Positions 1-9,720 of a DNA stretch of 64,000 nt are shown here, piece by piece. Source of the DNA: a virus (taxonomy: Duplodnaviria; Caudoviricetes); IMG/VR virus record IMGVR_UViG_2903589935_000002, positions 6,066 through 70,065 of that record. One strand, 5' to 3'. Positions within the stretch are counted from its first letter, which is position 1. Every line of letters begins with the position of its first letter. Both the position numbers and the translations under genes were made by a program. The notes beneath the pieces are model-generated. The model was given only the letters and a program-made list of their open reading frames with translations. It was not told the DNA's origin and searched no databases.

Positions 1-974
1 CGGAATTTGGCGTTGATGCCCTCGATAATGTCCTTGGCAAGGGAAGGGTGCAGCGGCTGATCTACCGCCCACATCTGCGCCTCGGCCATCGTGTCGGCCA
101 GCACTTGTGCGGTGCGGGTGTAGTTTTCAAACTGGAACAGCGGATCATCGGAGCATGTGCGCGACCCCCAGAATCGGAATCCGTCTTTGCGGATCAGCGT
201 GGTAACGTCGTTTTGGTTCAGCAGGTTGGCATCGGTGGCCGTGTCCTGCAAATCCCAATAGACGTCTGCGCTGATGCCGGTCACGCCGTTAACGCCGACG
301 TTGGACAGGGTTTTGTGCCAGCCGACCTGCTGATCCAGCTTGGCGCGCAGTCCAAGCGCGCGGGCAGTCGCGAAAGCTGTTGCGGATGCGTTGGTCGTGG
401 TATCCCAGCTCAGGAAATCCGGCCAAATCAGCATAGCTTCGCGCTGGCTGAAGTTTTTGCGGTAGTCGAGCGCCTCAGATACTGTCTTGCAGCCATAGGC
501 GGTGAGGTAGGCGAAGGCTCGGAGGCTTTGCGCTACGGCCAGCAACTCGGAGGCAACCGCCTCGTTATCGTGGCCCGGCACCCCCAGAATGCGGGGCTTA
601 ACGCCAAGCTGGCTTTGTGCGGCCAGCAAGGCTTTCATGCCGGTTTTCTTGCCCTCGGTGGTCACGCCGCCGATGATATTGGTTGTCGTCTCGGCTTCGG
701 TTTCGCCCTGGGCGACACGCACTACGACAGTGACGGGCTTGGCCTGATCGGCGATGGCATCCAGCGAGCGGGCGAGGGTGCCGGTTTCGCCGGCCTTGCC
801 GCTGGCGGCTAGGACGTCGGTAATTAACACTGGGGTGTTTAACGGGAATGCTTTTGCGTCGGCATCGTCACCGGTACAGACCATACCAACGATGGCGGTG
901 CTGACAGTGGTGATGGTGCGGGTGCCTTCGTTGATTTCCTGCACGCGCACGCCGTGGTGATAGTCTTGAGCCAT
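1..974 (-). CDS. Tail sheath protein (P2 FI-like), truncated by window edge
   Basis: Minus-strand ATG at 974 reads MAQDYHHGVRVQEINEGTRTI..., the typical P2 sheath N-terminus; absent from ORF track because the stop lies outside the window. Confidence 0.9.
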   Translation of the reverse strand, partial: MAQDYHHGVRVQEINEGTRTITTVSTAIVGMVCTGDDADAKAFPLNTPVLITDVLAASGKAGETGTLARSLDAIADQAKPVTVVVRVAQGETEAETTTNIIGGVTTEGKKTGMKALLAAQSQLGVKPRILGVPGHDNEAVASELLAVAQSLRAFAYLTAYGCKTVSEALDYRKNFSQREAMLIWPDFLSWDTTTNASATAFATARALGLRAKLDQQVGWHKTLSNVGVNGVTGISADVYWDLQDTATDANLLNQNDVTTLIRKDGFRFWGSRTCSDDPLFQFENYTRTAQVLADTMAEAQMWAVDQPLHPSLAKDIIEGINAKF

Positions 975-1044
975 TAGGCGGATCTCCTGTAACGGTGTTC
1001 CCCTATGGTGGCGGCGGTGCGCGGTTAATGCATGCGGTGGGCTT

Positions 1045-1062
1045 TGTGTGGTGGCTGGCACA
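1045..1062 (-). promoter_or_regulatory. Ogr/Delta-family activator site of late promoter pF
   Basis: TGT-gtggtggctggc-ACA (TGT-N12-ACA) upstream of the sheath gene. Confidence 0.75.
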
Positions 1063-1137
1063 ATGGCCATTGATACTGCTTGGGATGTCTATGTTTGCCG
1101 GTATGACCAACACAGTCAATGATGGCTGTACTGCAGG

Positions 1138-1165
1138 AAAAAATAAAGCCCCGCGTCGGGGCTTT
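1138..1165 (-). terminator. Intrinsic terminator after tail fibre gene
   Basis: aaagcccc-gcgtc-ggggcttt hairpin, T-rich tail on minus strand. Confidence 0.65.
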
Positions 1166-1167
1166 GC

Positions 1168-2259
1168 CTATGCGGCGCGATACCAGCACATCAGCTTGAT
1201 ATGGCTTTCAACAATGCTGAATTCCTTGCCGTCGCCGACCTCGGCAGACGTCAGTTCGATGCTGTGGCCGTGCTTACCTATGTCGACGGTGTGATTGTGC
1301 TTGCCGATCTCGACGGTGTGGCTATGGTTGCCGTTCTGACTTGTCTGGTTCCGGGTGCGGTGGCTGTCATTGTCCGAACCGACGACGTAATCGCCATCCC
1401 ACGCCGGGCCGGGGGCGGCCATGCCCCCTTGGTGCGCATGCTCGCCGCCTTCTGACGTCCATTTCGTACCGTGGTCAAACTCCGACGTACTTTTGATTCC
1501 GTGGTCAAACTCGCCCACCTGGCCGCTGACGCCGTGGTTGTGCTTCGGCATATTTTCAACGCTCAGTGTTACCGTGTCCGAACCGCCGGCGGTCATCACA
1601 TCCGAACCATCGGCTTTGCCGATGCGGATCGTTTTATTCTCGCCGGTGTAATACCAGATAGTCCCCGGCCATTTCTCGTTGGGATTAAGGTTCGCGGCAA
1701 AGAATATGCTGATCGATGGAGGGTAAATATCATCAAACGCCGCCTTTGCCTCAGCCAGCGCGTAGGCGTCGTCCGCTCGGTTCTTGGCTTCGCGAAACTT
1801 CGTGTCAACGTAATCCACGGTTGAGATGATGACTGTGGGGTCAATCAGTAGCTGCACGTCCTTTGTGCTGCTGACGGCCAGCTCAACACGGATCACTGAA
1901 TTGCGCCCCGAGCCTTCGGCAAGATGCGATTTGTAGGTGTCCGGCAGGCTGCCGACGGCAACCAGTACGCCATCATCCGCATAAAGCCCGACCTCCCTGA
2001 TCCAGAAGCCGCCGAACTCCGGCGGAATTATCATTTCCGCGCTGATCACGTTGGCCGATTCGCTCACGATAGTCAGCGCGTTGAGCGCGGCACGGTATTG
2101 CTCGCCGATAAGCCCGGTCTGTTCTGGTGATGGCGTTGGTGTGGCACCAGCGCCATCGCCCACGGCCATCATACTGATTGCCATAGGCTGACCGGTCTGC
2201 GCGGCCAGCGCCAGTTTGGCGGCGCCGGCATGGGTCAGGATGCTGAAGAATTCCGGCAT
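1168..2259 (-). CDS. Tail fibre/adaptor protein (P2 gpH-like N-terminus, short HxH-rich C-terminus)
   Basis: FFSILTHAGAAKLA..MAVGDG..GFWIREVGLY N-terminal domain; HNH/HAH/HSH motifs at C-terminus. Confidence 0.8.
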   Translation of the reverse strand: MPEFFSILTHAGAAKLALAAQTGQPMAISMMAVGDGAGATPTPSPEQTGLIGEQYRAALNALTIVSESANVISAEMIIPPEFGGFWIREVGLYADDGVLVAVGSLPDTYKSHLAEGSGRNSVIRVELAVSSTKDVQLLIDPTVIISTVDYVDTKFREAKNRADDAYALAEAKAAFDDIYPPSISIFFAANLNPNEKWPGTIWYYTGENKTIRIGKADGSDVMTAGGSDTVTLSVENMPKHNHGVSGQVGEFDHGIKSTSEFDHGTKWTSEGGEHAHQGGMAAPGPAWDGDYVVGSDNDSHRTRNQTSQNGNHSHTVEIGKHNHTVDIGKHGHSIELTSAEVGDGKEFSIVESHIKLMCWYRAA

Positions 2260-2268
2260 GATCCCCCC

Positions 2269-3180
2269 TTACATGCCCAGTTTGGACAGGGCGACGGCGT
2301 CGCTGTCGTCTGCCGTATGCAGGAAAATGGCTTCGCGCAATGTGCCGTAGCACGGATTTACCTTGCCGCTGGTAAACGTACTGCCGACATAGATCGGCTG
2401 CGGGAATGACGTCAAATCAGCCAGTCGCCCCGTCGTCGACGTGTCTCTTGCCTTCAGCTCGCCCGCTTCGTAGCCGCGAATTTCGCCGCCGTCGACGTCA
2501 AACAGTGCGGCGGAGGGCACGTAATCCGCATACGGGGTTCTGACCGCGCCCATCGCGATGCCGTTTACGCCCGAGCCATTCCAGGTGCTGTCGCGCGTGC
2601 CGTAGCGCCAGGCCTCAATGTCCTTTTGCTGGTTTGTGATCTGCGTGCGTAAATAGGCCATCGGCAGCCCGGCAATGCTGATGCCTACCAGAATACCCAG
2701 CGAATCAGCGCGATCGTTATCCGCCATGCGGCCGCTGATGGCATATTTCCCGCTGCGCTGCACGCGGTGGTTTTTCTCAGATCGCAAATACGCGCCGCCG
2801 TTGCTGGAAATCTTGATGATCACGCCCGGCGCGTCGCCGCTGTCGTCATACAACACTTGCGCGCCGTCACCCTGCATCACGCTGATGTAGTCATCGTTCG
2901 CGAACAGGGAATACAGCTTGCTGACCTCCTTGTTCGCGTTCATCTTGACGCCGAACGCCGGGTTAATTGCACTTTCGACCTTGCCGTAGATACCGTTATC
3001 GAGTAACCAGGTAATGCGCGCCATACAGCCGGCCTCGTCGGGGATCACTCCGCCATCGGCCAATACGCGGGCCTTGTGCGCATTAAAAATAGCCTGGTCA
3101 TCGAGAACATAGACCGACAATTTCAACGCCGGGCGGCCGCCGGACGGGTAAGGGACGCCGCTGTTAAAGCCGAGAGTCAT
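2269..3180 (-). CDS. Tailspike-associated protein, possibly lectin/beta-sandwich
   Basis: 303 aa ORF overlapping the spike gene stop; function inferred from position only. Confidence 0.55.
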   Translation of the reverse strand: MTLGFNSGVPYPSGGRPALKLSVYVLDDQAIFNAHKARVLADGGVIPDEAGCMARITWLLDNGIYGKVESAINPAFGVKMNANKEVSKLYSLFANDDYISVMQGDGAQVLYDDSGDAPGVIIKISSNGGAYLRSEKNHRVQRSGKYAISGRMADNDRADSLGILVGISIAGLPMAYLRTQITNQQKDIEAWRYGTRDSTWNGSGVNGIAMGAVRTPYADYVPSAALFDVDGGEIRGYEAGELKARDTSTTGRLADLTSFPQPIYVGSTFTSGKVNPCYGTLREAIFLHTADDSDAVALSKLGM

Positions 3181-5510
3181 GCTTTTTCTCCTGATAATGG
3201 GATGCGATCCAGAGTCATCCAGTTATAAAGCGGGAAGGGCGCGCCGTTGCGCGTGATTTTCTTACTGACCATGGGCGATGAATCGCGCAGGCACGTCAGC
3301 GGGTACGTTTGGCCGTTGGCGTGCTGCGTCTTGTTGTTGAAGCCGACGAGCAGATAGTCATTGGCGGCCGGTGCTTTATCGCAGGTGATGCGCAAGGTTG
3401 TCCCGTCCACCACGTCAACGCTGAGGATTGCGGCGGATTTTAGCTCCAGAGAAAGCCCCTGATTTTTTACGTCGCCAATGAATGCGTTATCGATAACAAG
3501 CGGTGGATACGGCATTTTGCAGCGCGCTTCGATGACACTGCCTGTCACGGTGACCGACTCGATCGTCGTGTCCGTCCAGGTGCCTTTTTTCTCGTCATCG
3601 TACAGATGCCAGTGAACCGCCTGCGCCTGGTATTCGCCCTGCAACACTTTACCGGCGGCATTGATATGGCTGAGTGAACCGTCGCTATACAGCCAGTTGA
3701 GCGGATATTTCGGCCCGTAGCAGATGGCGTTTGCATGCCGGCGCACGTATTCGCGCTGATCGACGGCAGAAATGGAATAGGGCTGCGTGATGACTTCTTC
3801 GCCGAGCGGGTTGCCTTCCTCGTCTACTGCCTGCGCTTTACTGTTAAGCCGGCTCCCGACCTGGCCGATCACGATCACAATTTCGTCGGCTTGCCCGGTG
3901 ATCGCCTTGTAATCCGCTATCCGGCGCGGGAAATAGGTTTCTTCTTTCGCCAGATAATCACCCGGCATCAGGTTGTCGCCGTTGTCGTTGTCGGTTTCGC
4001 CATGCTCAAACAGCAAGACGACGACCTTGCATTTTTTCCCGACCGCGTCAGCGATTTGTTTCGCGCGCGTCACCATGTCGATGCCGTTCTGATACGGCAC
4101 GGTGCCGGGTGAGATGTTCGCGAATGACTGGCCGCCGGCGGCGGCCGGCGCGTGGAAAAATACCGGCCATGTCTGGCCGTTCTCCGCCAGCTTATCGAGC
4201 AGGGTGTAGGTTCGCGGCAATGAGTGGCCCTGTCGCCAGCCGGCGGCGGGATATTGCAGATCGTTGGCCGTGTCGCGATCGTCGTCGGTGACGGCTTTGA
4301 GATTGCCGCCTTCGGGGCGACCGTTCGCCAGCGCCAGCGCGTAGCCGCGATAGCGCGGGTCGTAATTCATGATGTTGATATTCGATCCGTTGTGGCTGTC
4401 GAAGGACGCCGCCAGCGACTGGCCGTCTTCAGTCGTGATATGCATCTCGCCGCCCGGCACCATCTCGCGCTTCGACTTGATGAACATCACCGCATAGCGC
4501 GGCGCGGACTCTCCCGCCGGCAGATAGCTGAACAGCACCGCATCGGGGCCGAGATTGTGGGCGGAAACGACAGGGTGATCGTTCCATAAAAGCTGCTCGC
4601 CGATATGCAGGGCTAATTTTCCCTCAGCCGGCCTGATATTGGCGGAAATATAATCCTGCACGGCAGTGGTGCCGAGGCCGGTCAGAATTAACCCTGCATC
4701 AGCGGCGCGCAGGCCATAGATGATCTTGGGGTCAGCGTCTTTTGAAACCAGCAATGAGTGCCAGCCCTGAATGCGGCGGGTGATTTTTGTCGACAGCAGG
4801 CCGTCCAGGCGTTCCTGTAATACATCGTCCATCCACGGAATACGCCACGCGCCATTTTTTTCAATTAGGCCGTAGGAATCATCACCGTTTTCAGCCGCAA
4901 AGAAGTAAGCCAACCCCGGGTAACGGTTGGTTTTATTCTTTGGCAAAATGCTCAATAAATAATCCTGAACGGCCGCTTCTAACCCGCCCAGCCATAGCCC
5001 GGATTGATTATCAAATGCACCGTAGGTTTCATCCGGCCCGCCCTCGGCATTAAAAATGATGGGGTATTTATCGGAGTGATAACTTTTAATGGGTTTGATC
5101 CGGTTCTCCAGCGTGCCGACAGTCAGCATTGTTGATACCAACTGCGTCAGGATCTCCGCGAGGTAGTTGCCGGAGGCCAGAAAACGCCCGGTTGGTGTGG
5201 CCAGACCGTTGATGTTCTGATATTCGTCCATCCAATGCTTGTCGTCTGTCGATCGGACGTTAAACAGGGCATCGGCGGGCAACTTGCCGTTGTCAATATC
5301 GCGCTGGGCATCTGACAGGGTTTTATACAGTCCCTCGCCAAGATTTATTGTTGCCATCAGTGAATCAAACAGGTTACGCAAATACTGTGTACGGGCGGCC
5401 AACTGCCCGGCCTGAATATTTACCGCGCCGCTTTCGCCACCTTTTACCCGATCGCTGTCTTCGACCTGGTTAATGGCCTCCCATTTTGACTGCTCGTTTA
5501 ATTTACTCAT
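3177..5510 (-). CDS. Tailspike with SGNH/sialate O-acetylesterase-like C-terminal domain
   Basis: N-terminal NIQAGQLAARTQYL baseplate-anchor motif; GQSL, HGETD and SH motifs resembling SGNH blocks I, III and V. Confidence 0.65.
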   Translation of the reverse strand: MSKLNEQSKWEAINQVEDSDRVKGGESGAVNIQAGQLAARTQYLRNLFDSLMATINLGEGLYKTLSDAQRDIDNGKLPADALFNVRSTDDKHWMDEYQNINGLATPTGRFLASGNYLAEILTQLVSTMLTVGTLENRIKPIKSYHSDKYPIIFNAEGGPDETYGAFDNQSGLWLGGLEAAVQDYLLSILPKNKTNRYPGLAYFFAAENGDDSYGLIEKNGAWRIPWMDDVLQERLDGLLSTKITRRIQGWHSLLVSKDADPKIIYGLRAADAGLILTGLGTTAVQDYISANIRPAEGKLALHIGEQLLWNDHPVVSAHNLGPDAVLFSYLPAGESAPRYAVMFIKSKREMVPGGEMHITTEDGQSLAASFDSHNGSNINIMNYDPRYRGYALALANGRPEGGNLKAVTDDDRDTANDLQYPAAGWRQGHSLPRTYTLLDKLAENGQTWPVFFHAPAAAGGQSFANISPGTVPYQNGIDMVTRAKQIADAVGKKCKVVVLLFEHGETDNDNGDNLMPGDYLAKEETYFPRRIADYKAITGQADEIVIVIGQVGSRLNSKAQAVDEEGNPLGEEVITQPYSISAVDQREYVRRHANAICYGPKYPLNWLYSDGSLSHINAAGKVLQGEYQAQAVHWHLYDDEKKGTWTDTTIESVTVTGSVIEARCKMPYPPLVIDNAFIGDVKNQGLSLELKSAAILSVDVVDGTTLRITCDKAPAANDYLLVGFNNKTQHANGQTYPLTCLRDSSPMVSKKITRNGAPFPLYNWMTLDRIPLSGEKA

Positions 5511-6114
5511 CGTTCGCGTTCCCGGTGTAGAAATAATGGCCGCTGTGTTTAATTTTTCCGTCGTAATAAAGGGGGATATCTGGCGTTTCCCCCGCCGGAT
5601 ATACCGTCAGGATTTCCCCGCAATAACTGGCTACAGCGCTATAAATTTTCCCGCGCGTCACTGTCTTGATATTCAATCCTGCTATATGTCGGCTGACCGG
5701 TCTGGCGTCGCCAATCAATCGCTCCAGCTCTCTGACGATTTCGTCAGTGATCCCGACGTCGTTCACGTCGATAGTGAGACGGAACGTGCCGCGCGGGTCG
5801 GCGACCTCCCACCATTCGGCGATCGACATTGAAAAACCCATTGCCTCAATGACGCGCCGGATGGCGGCAACCGTTCCCTTGCGGCGATGAATGTAAAAGG
5901 CATCCGTCACGGCCTTGCGCTTCTCAGCCGCCGTCCATTTCTCGTCCCAGCGGTCTACCGAAAACGCCCAGGCCAGATAGGGTAAAAACTTTACCGGACA
6001 GCGGGCCGGGTTCCACAGGTCGCGCAGTGGAACGTTCAGATCGCTGATACCGGCGCAAGCTTCCGCCGCGCGCCGCTCAAGTGGCGATGAACCAGGCGGC
6101 AACAGGCTATTCAT
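5503..6114 (-). CDS. Tail protein I
   Basis: MNSLLPPGSSPLER..LPYLAWAFSVDRWD..HRRKGT motif. Confidence 0.93.
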   Translation of the reverse strand: MNSLLPPGSSPLERRAAEACAGISDLNVPLRDLWNPARCPVKFLPYLAWAFSVDRWDEKWTAAEKRKAVTDAFYIHRRKGTVAAIRRVIEAMGFSMSIAEWWEVADPRGTFRLTIDVNDVGITDEIVRELERLIGDARPVSRHIAGLNIKTVTRGKIYSAVASYCGEILTVYPAGETPDIPLYYDGKIKHSGHYFYTGNANDE

Positions 6115-7015
6115 CTGAACCGCCTATCCTGATGCGGTAATCGGTGCAGTTGGCGGCCTGGGTACGATCAAGCACCACGTCAGCGAGCGGCGAGGCCAGT
6201 TCAACGCGCTGTACGCCCTGGGTGTGCAGTGCGGCATAGATGGCGGATAGCCGAATATCGCGGCCCAGCCGGCGCTGCTCATTGATGTAGTTTTTCAGAC
6301 GCAGTTCGGCATCGGCCATGATCGGCTCAATCGCCGGGCCGGGGTAAACGTAGAGCGTGGCATCAATTTGATAGTTAACAATTTTTGCAGACTGCACGGT
6401 CAGGCGGTCGGCAACCGGGCGGACTTCCTCGTCATTTAGCGCGGCACTTACGGCGGCCAGCAGCTCCGGCGATGCCGTGCCGTCGCCGTCGCGGGATAGC
6501 ACGCTGATGGTGACTTCTGCCGGCGCAGGGCTGATCGCCGAGGCGTCGGCGACTTTGCCGTCAGCGCTCTGCGCATGAAATTCATAGGCCCCGGTCGGGC
6601 CGGCGACGCTCATACCTTCGAACGCGGCGGGGACGCGCTGGCGCAGGTCGGCATCGCTTTCCATCGTCGGCGGTACGGGTGGCACAGCACCCGGATCACC
6701 CTGATCGATCACCAATCGTTTCACGTCATTGTTTGCGGCCAGTTGGTCGAGGTCGCTGCTCATGGCGTAGGCCACCATTACGGCCTGCGCCGCCTCATTG
6801 ACGCGCTGGCGCAACAACACTTCACGGTAGGCGGATTCTTGCAGGACTTTGACGATCGGCTCGGACTCATAGCCCAGCGTGCGGCGCACCGCCTCCTGTT
6901 CTTCCTCCGGGTACAGGCTGATCAATCGCTCTTTGCGCGCCTCAAATAGCGTTTCATAGTCCAGTTCTTCAATGACATTGGGGCGGGGTAGCTGACTCAG
7001 GTCAATCGTCGCCAT
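6107..7015 (-). CDS. Baseplate assembly protein J
   Basis: MATIDLSQLPRP..SVAGPTGAYEFHA motifs. Confidence 0.95.
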   Translation of the reverse strand: MATIDLSQLPRPNVIEELDYETLFEARKERLISLYPEEEQEAVRRTLGYESEPIVKVLQESAYREVLLRQRVNEAAQAVMVAYAMSSDLDQLAANNDVKRLVIDQGDPGAVPPVPPTMESDADLRQRVPAAFEGMSVAGPTGAYEFHAQSADGKVADASAISPAPAEVTISVLSRDGDGTASPELLAAVSAALNDEEVRPVADRLTVQSAKIVNYQIDATLYVYPGPAIEPIMADAELRLKNYINEQRRLGRDIRLSAIYAALHTQGVQRVELASPLADVVLDRTQAANCTDYRIRIGGSDE

Positions 7016-7362
7016 TATTGCCCCCTGATCGGTAATGAAAATTGAATGCGGCCGGCGGTATCGGTTCGGTTGCCGACCAGGTCAACAACCATTTCCCCGT
7101 CCATGTTCGATGTGATGTTGACGGCGGTCAGGGATATGCGGTCTTCCCAGCGCAGCACCGCACCATAAACAGCGGCCATCATTTGAAGCTTGAGCGCCGG
7201 ATTTTGCGGCTGGTCGATCAGGGCCGACAGCTGCGAGCCGTATTTGCGGCGCATGACGCGGCTACCGACGGGGGTGATCAAAATGTCGCTGACAGACTGG
7301 CGGATGTGGTCGATCTCGCTGATAGCCTGGCCGCTGTTACGGTTCATGCCAAGATACATCAT
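7015..7362 (-). CDS. Baseplate protein W (GPW/gp25 family)
   Basis: HIRQSVSDILITPVGSRVMRRKYGS motif. Confidence 0.93.
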   Translation of the reverse strand: MMYLGMNRNSGQAISEIDHIRQSVSDILITPVGSRVMRRKYGSQLSALIDQPQNPALKLQMMAAVYGAVLRWEDRISLTAVNITSNMDGEMVVDLVGNRTDTAGRIQFSLPIRGQ

Positions 7363-7997
7363 GATGTCGGCCCCCCGGTGTTGCCGCCGCCGTTCTGCAC
7401 GTTGCCGTGATAATGCAGATGGACGATCACGCCGTTGGAGTTAAAGCCTCCGCCAGTGTGGGTGATATTTCCGTACATTTCGCCGCCGTATTTCAGCAGC
7501 AGCGATCCGGCGATCAGCTTGTTGGTGCATTCCACGACGGGCGCATCCAGCGTGATCATCTGGCTGGCGGTAACGACGACGACGTTTGACGTGGCGCTGA
7601 TTTTCTCAGCGGCCTGGATATCGGCGTATTTCATGCCGCGCGCCGTTAGCGTGCTGTTTTCCGGCTCGTACTCAATGACCGCGCCGTCGGGAAAATCAAT
7701 GCGGACGGCGTCAGGTGAAGCGGATGGCGCAGGGTGCTGATCGGAGAACACAGCCGGCAGCACAAAGCCGGTGGTCAACTCACCGAAAATGCTCAACACG
7801 ATCACTTGTTCGCCCACCGACGGGGCCGACCAGAAGCGCACCCGGCCGGCGCGCAGCGTCAGCCAGTTCAGCCAGTCGGTTTCATTCGCGCCGGTTAATA
7901 CGCGGCATAAGCCTTTCGCCGTATCCACGTCGGACACGGTGCCGATGCGCACAATGTTAGCCAGGCGGCGGCGTAGTTCAGTGAGGATTGCATTCAT
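7359..7997 (-). CDS. Baseplate spike protein V
   Basis: ELRRRLANIVRIGTV..WSAPSVGEQV, C-terminal HxH; start moved to MNAIL. Confidence 0.92.
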   Translation of the reverse strand: MNAILTELRRRLANIVRIGTVSDVDTAKGLCRVLTGANETDWLNWLTLRAGRVRFWSAPSVGEQVIVLSIFGELTTGFVLPAVFSDQHPAPSASPDAVRIDFPDGAVIEYEPENSTLTARGMKYADIQAAEKISATSNVVVVTASQMITLDAPVVECTNKLIAGSLLLKYGGEMYGNITHTGGGFNSNGVIVHLHYHGNVQNGGGNTGGPTS

Positions 7998-8043
7998 ACC
8001 GCCAGTGTGACGCGGGCGGGCGCGGGGGGCATGCGATGCGCCT

Positions 8044-8061
8044 TGTGCCAGCGATGGCACA
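8044..8061 (-). promoter_or_regulatory. Ogr-family activator site of late promoter pV
   Basis: TGT-gccagcgatggc-ACA upstream of V. Confidence 0.75.
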
Positions 8062-8091
8062 AGGCGGCGGACATTGTGGAGAGGTTAGGTA

Positions 8092-8304
8092 TTACAAGGC
8101 ATTTGAGCCGTAATAGTTTTCACAAAAACCCGGAACCCATTGCCACGGACTGCCTGGGCAACGATCCCAGCGTAAATAACTGTCTTCGCTAATGGCTTTC
8201 ATATACCAAGCGAAAAGGTCGGTTTCGTTCCATGTTCGCCGTGTTTCTAATGGGATTTGAGACAATTTTTGGCGTAAAGCCCGAGCAAATTCTTCCTTCA
8301 GCAT
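8092..8304 (-). CDS. Hypothetical moron protein between S and V
   Basis: 70 aa, visibly AT-richer than flanks, AGGTG SD-like sequence upstream. Confidence 0.55.
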   Translation of the reverse strand: MLKEEFARALRQKLSQIPLETRRTWNETDLFAWYMKAISEDSYLRWDRCPGSPWQWVPGFCENYYGSNAL

Positions 8305-8360
8305 TTTTCACCTGTTACTGATATCCGTGGAATAAGAAATATTATCAGAAAACACGGCAT

Positions 8361-8819
8361 TCATCGGGATGCTATGTGACTGAGCGCCAGATCCTTGATC
8401 CATTCGATATCATCGTCAGTAAAGCCAAGCAGTTGCCGGCGCTCATAACGTACTGTCGGGCCGTTCCGACTGACTTTATCACGCAGGCCGTAATGGTGGA
8501 CGGCGGACAAATTCGTCACGCCGGCGGCGAAGGTGACGGCGGCTTCATCGGGGCCGGATTCCGTTTTCATAAAGCGCGCGGTGCGCAGGCGCGTGAACAT
8601 CTTGCGACGAATGCGGCCCTGTTTGTCCCGTCGCTTGTTTTTGCGCGGGACGTAGGGGGAACCGTCCGGGTTTTTTTGCTCTTGGATATGCTTTTGCTGG
8701 CGTTGGCGCAATTCTTTCGCCACCTGGCGCGTGAATACGCGCCGCGACTGCGGGGAAAGCTGTTGGAGCAAGACGGAAAGGGTGTCGTCCAGCGTCTGGA
8801 AATCGTCTAAGCGGCCCAT
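8361..8819 (-). CDS. Tail completion protein S
   Basis: QKNPDGSPYVPRK..VHHYG..RQLLGF motifs. Confidence 0.9.
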   Translation of the reverse strand: MGRLDDFQTLDDTLSVLLQQLSPQSRRVFTRQVAKELRQRQQKHIQEQKNPDGSPYVPRKNKRRDKQGRIRRKMFTRLRTARFMKTESGPDEAAVTFAAGVTNLSAVHHYGLRDKVSRNGPTVRYERRQLLGFTDDDIEWIKDLALSHIASR

Positions 8820-9274
8820 GCTGCCACCTTCCGGCCCTGCATCCAGATTTCAAACTCGGTGACGTTGTTCGGTGGCGGTGGCGGTTCCTCGACGTGGCTG
8901 ACGTGCAGCTTGCCGTTTTCCTCTTTGACGATCACGCGCTCCGTCAGTTTCAGATCAATGCTGATATCCCTCACCCCGTTATTCAAGAAATCCGCCTCGA
9001 AGGTGAAGCCGTCGCCGCGCTTGTCCGGGTTCGCCATAATGTCCGGCTGATTGGTGCGTAGCCAATGCAGAATAGGGACGATCAACAGATTGGCGTCGTC
9101 GGCGTAGTTGGTCACGATCATGTTGAGGGTGTATTGATACTCAAACGACAGCGACGGGGCGAAGGTGCTGTAAATCGTGCCCTTATCAATAAAAATATGC
9201 AGGAAATCAGGGTTTTCTCTGATGTGATTGACGGCGTCGCCCAGGGCGGCGCGCAGGGAGTCGGGTTTTAACAT
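8807..9274 (-). CDS. Tail completion protein R
   Basis: MLKPDSLRAAL..SFEYQYTL..LTERVIV motifs. Confidence 0.92.
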   Translation of the reverse strand: MLKPDSLRAALGDAVNHIRENPDFLHIFIDKGTIYSTFAPSLSFEYQYTLNMIVTNYADDANLLIVPILHWLRTNQPDIMANPDKRGDGFTFEADFLNNGVRDISIDLKLTERVIVKEENGKLHVSHVEEPPPPPNNVTEFEIWMQGRKVAAWAA

Positions 9275-9282
9275 GGCAGTTC

Positions 9283-9720
9283 CTACGGTTGCGTCAGGCA
9301 GACGTCGCGAATGTAGTCTTGCAGCCCGGCGATCTGGCTATTGGCGGTTTCTATTCGCTTTCTGAGGGTGAAATAATCCCGTTGAGCGGCGTCAGTAAGT
9401 CGGGCGGCGGTTGCATCAGCCATGCCGGCGGTGCCGGCGGCCTGGCATGAGGCGCTGAGACGCAGCCGGCGGCGGCCAGCATCAACATCGCGTTGCAGAT
9501 CATCAATTTTATTTTTTGCATCGGTCAGCTCTCGGCTTCGGTTTTCGTCGATGGTGGCGACGGCTATTTGTGTTTTATTCTGCCACTCGATCTGGCCGGC
9601 CAGCCTCTTGTTGTCGCGTTGCAACGTTTCGCGTTCCTGGCGCAGCCCCTGATTGCTGTAAACCAGAAACGCCAGCACACAAAGCACGATCAGCGTGACG
9701 CCGGCGGTCAGGCGGGTCAT
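9283..9720 (-). CDS. Rz-like inner-membrane spanin
   Basis: N-terminal TM helix, coiled coil, AQRDYFTLR..GLQDYIRDVC C-terminus. Confidence 0.88.
   Translation of the reverse strand: MTRLTAGVTLIVLCVLAFLVYSNQGLRQERETLQRDNKRLAGQIEWQNKTQIAVATIDENRSRELTDAKNKIDDLQRDVDAGRRRLRLSASCQAAGTAGMADATAARLTDAAQRDYFTLRKRIETANSQIAGLQDYIRDVCLTQP
9351..9521 (-). CDS. Rz1-like outer-membrane lipoprotein spanin embedded in Rz (not in ORF track)
   Basis: Alternate frame reads MQKIKLMICNAMLMLAAAGCVSAPHARPPAPPAWLMQPPPDLLTPLNGIISPSESE*: lipobox plus Pro-rich PPAWLM motif. Confidence 0.85.
   Translation of the reverse strand: MQKIKLMICNAMLMLAAAGCVSAPHARPPAPPAWLMQPPPDLLTPLNGIISPSESE

Noticed and set aside
48-812. 254 aa plus-strand ORF and other long antisense ORFs (e.g. 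10960-11904, 11929-13047, 14909-15796, 46310-47263)
   Set aside because: Shadows of recognisable phage genes on the opposite strand in GC-rich DNA
1465-1513. Direct repeat ccgtggtcaaactc in the tail fibre gene
   Set aside because: Explained by the protein-level EFDHG repeat
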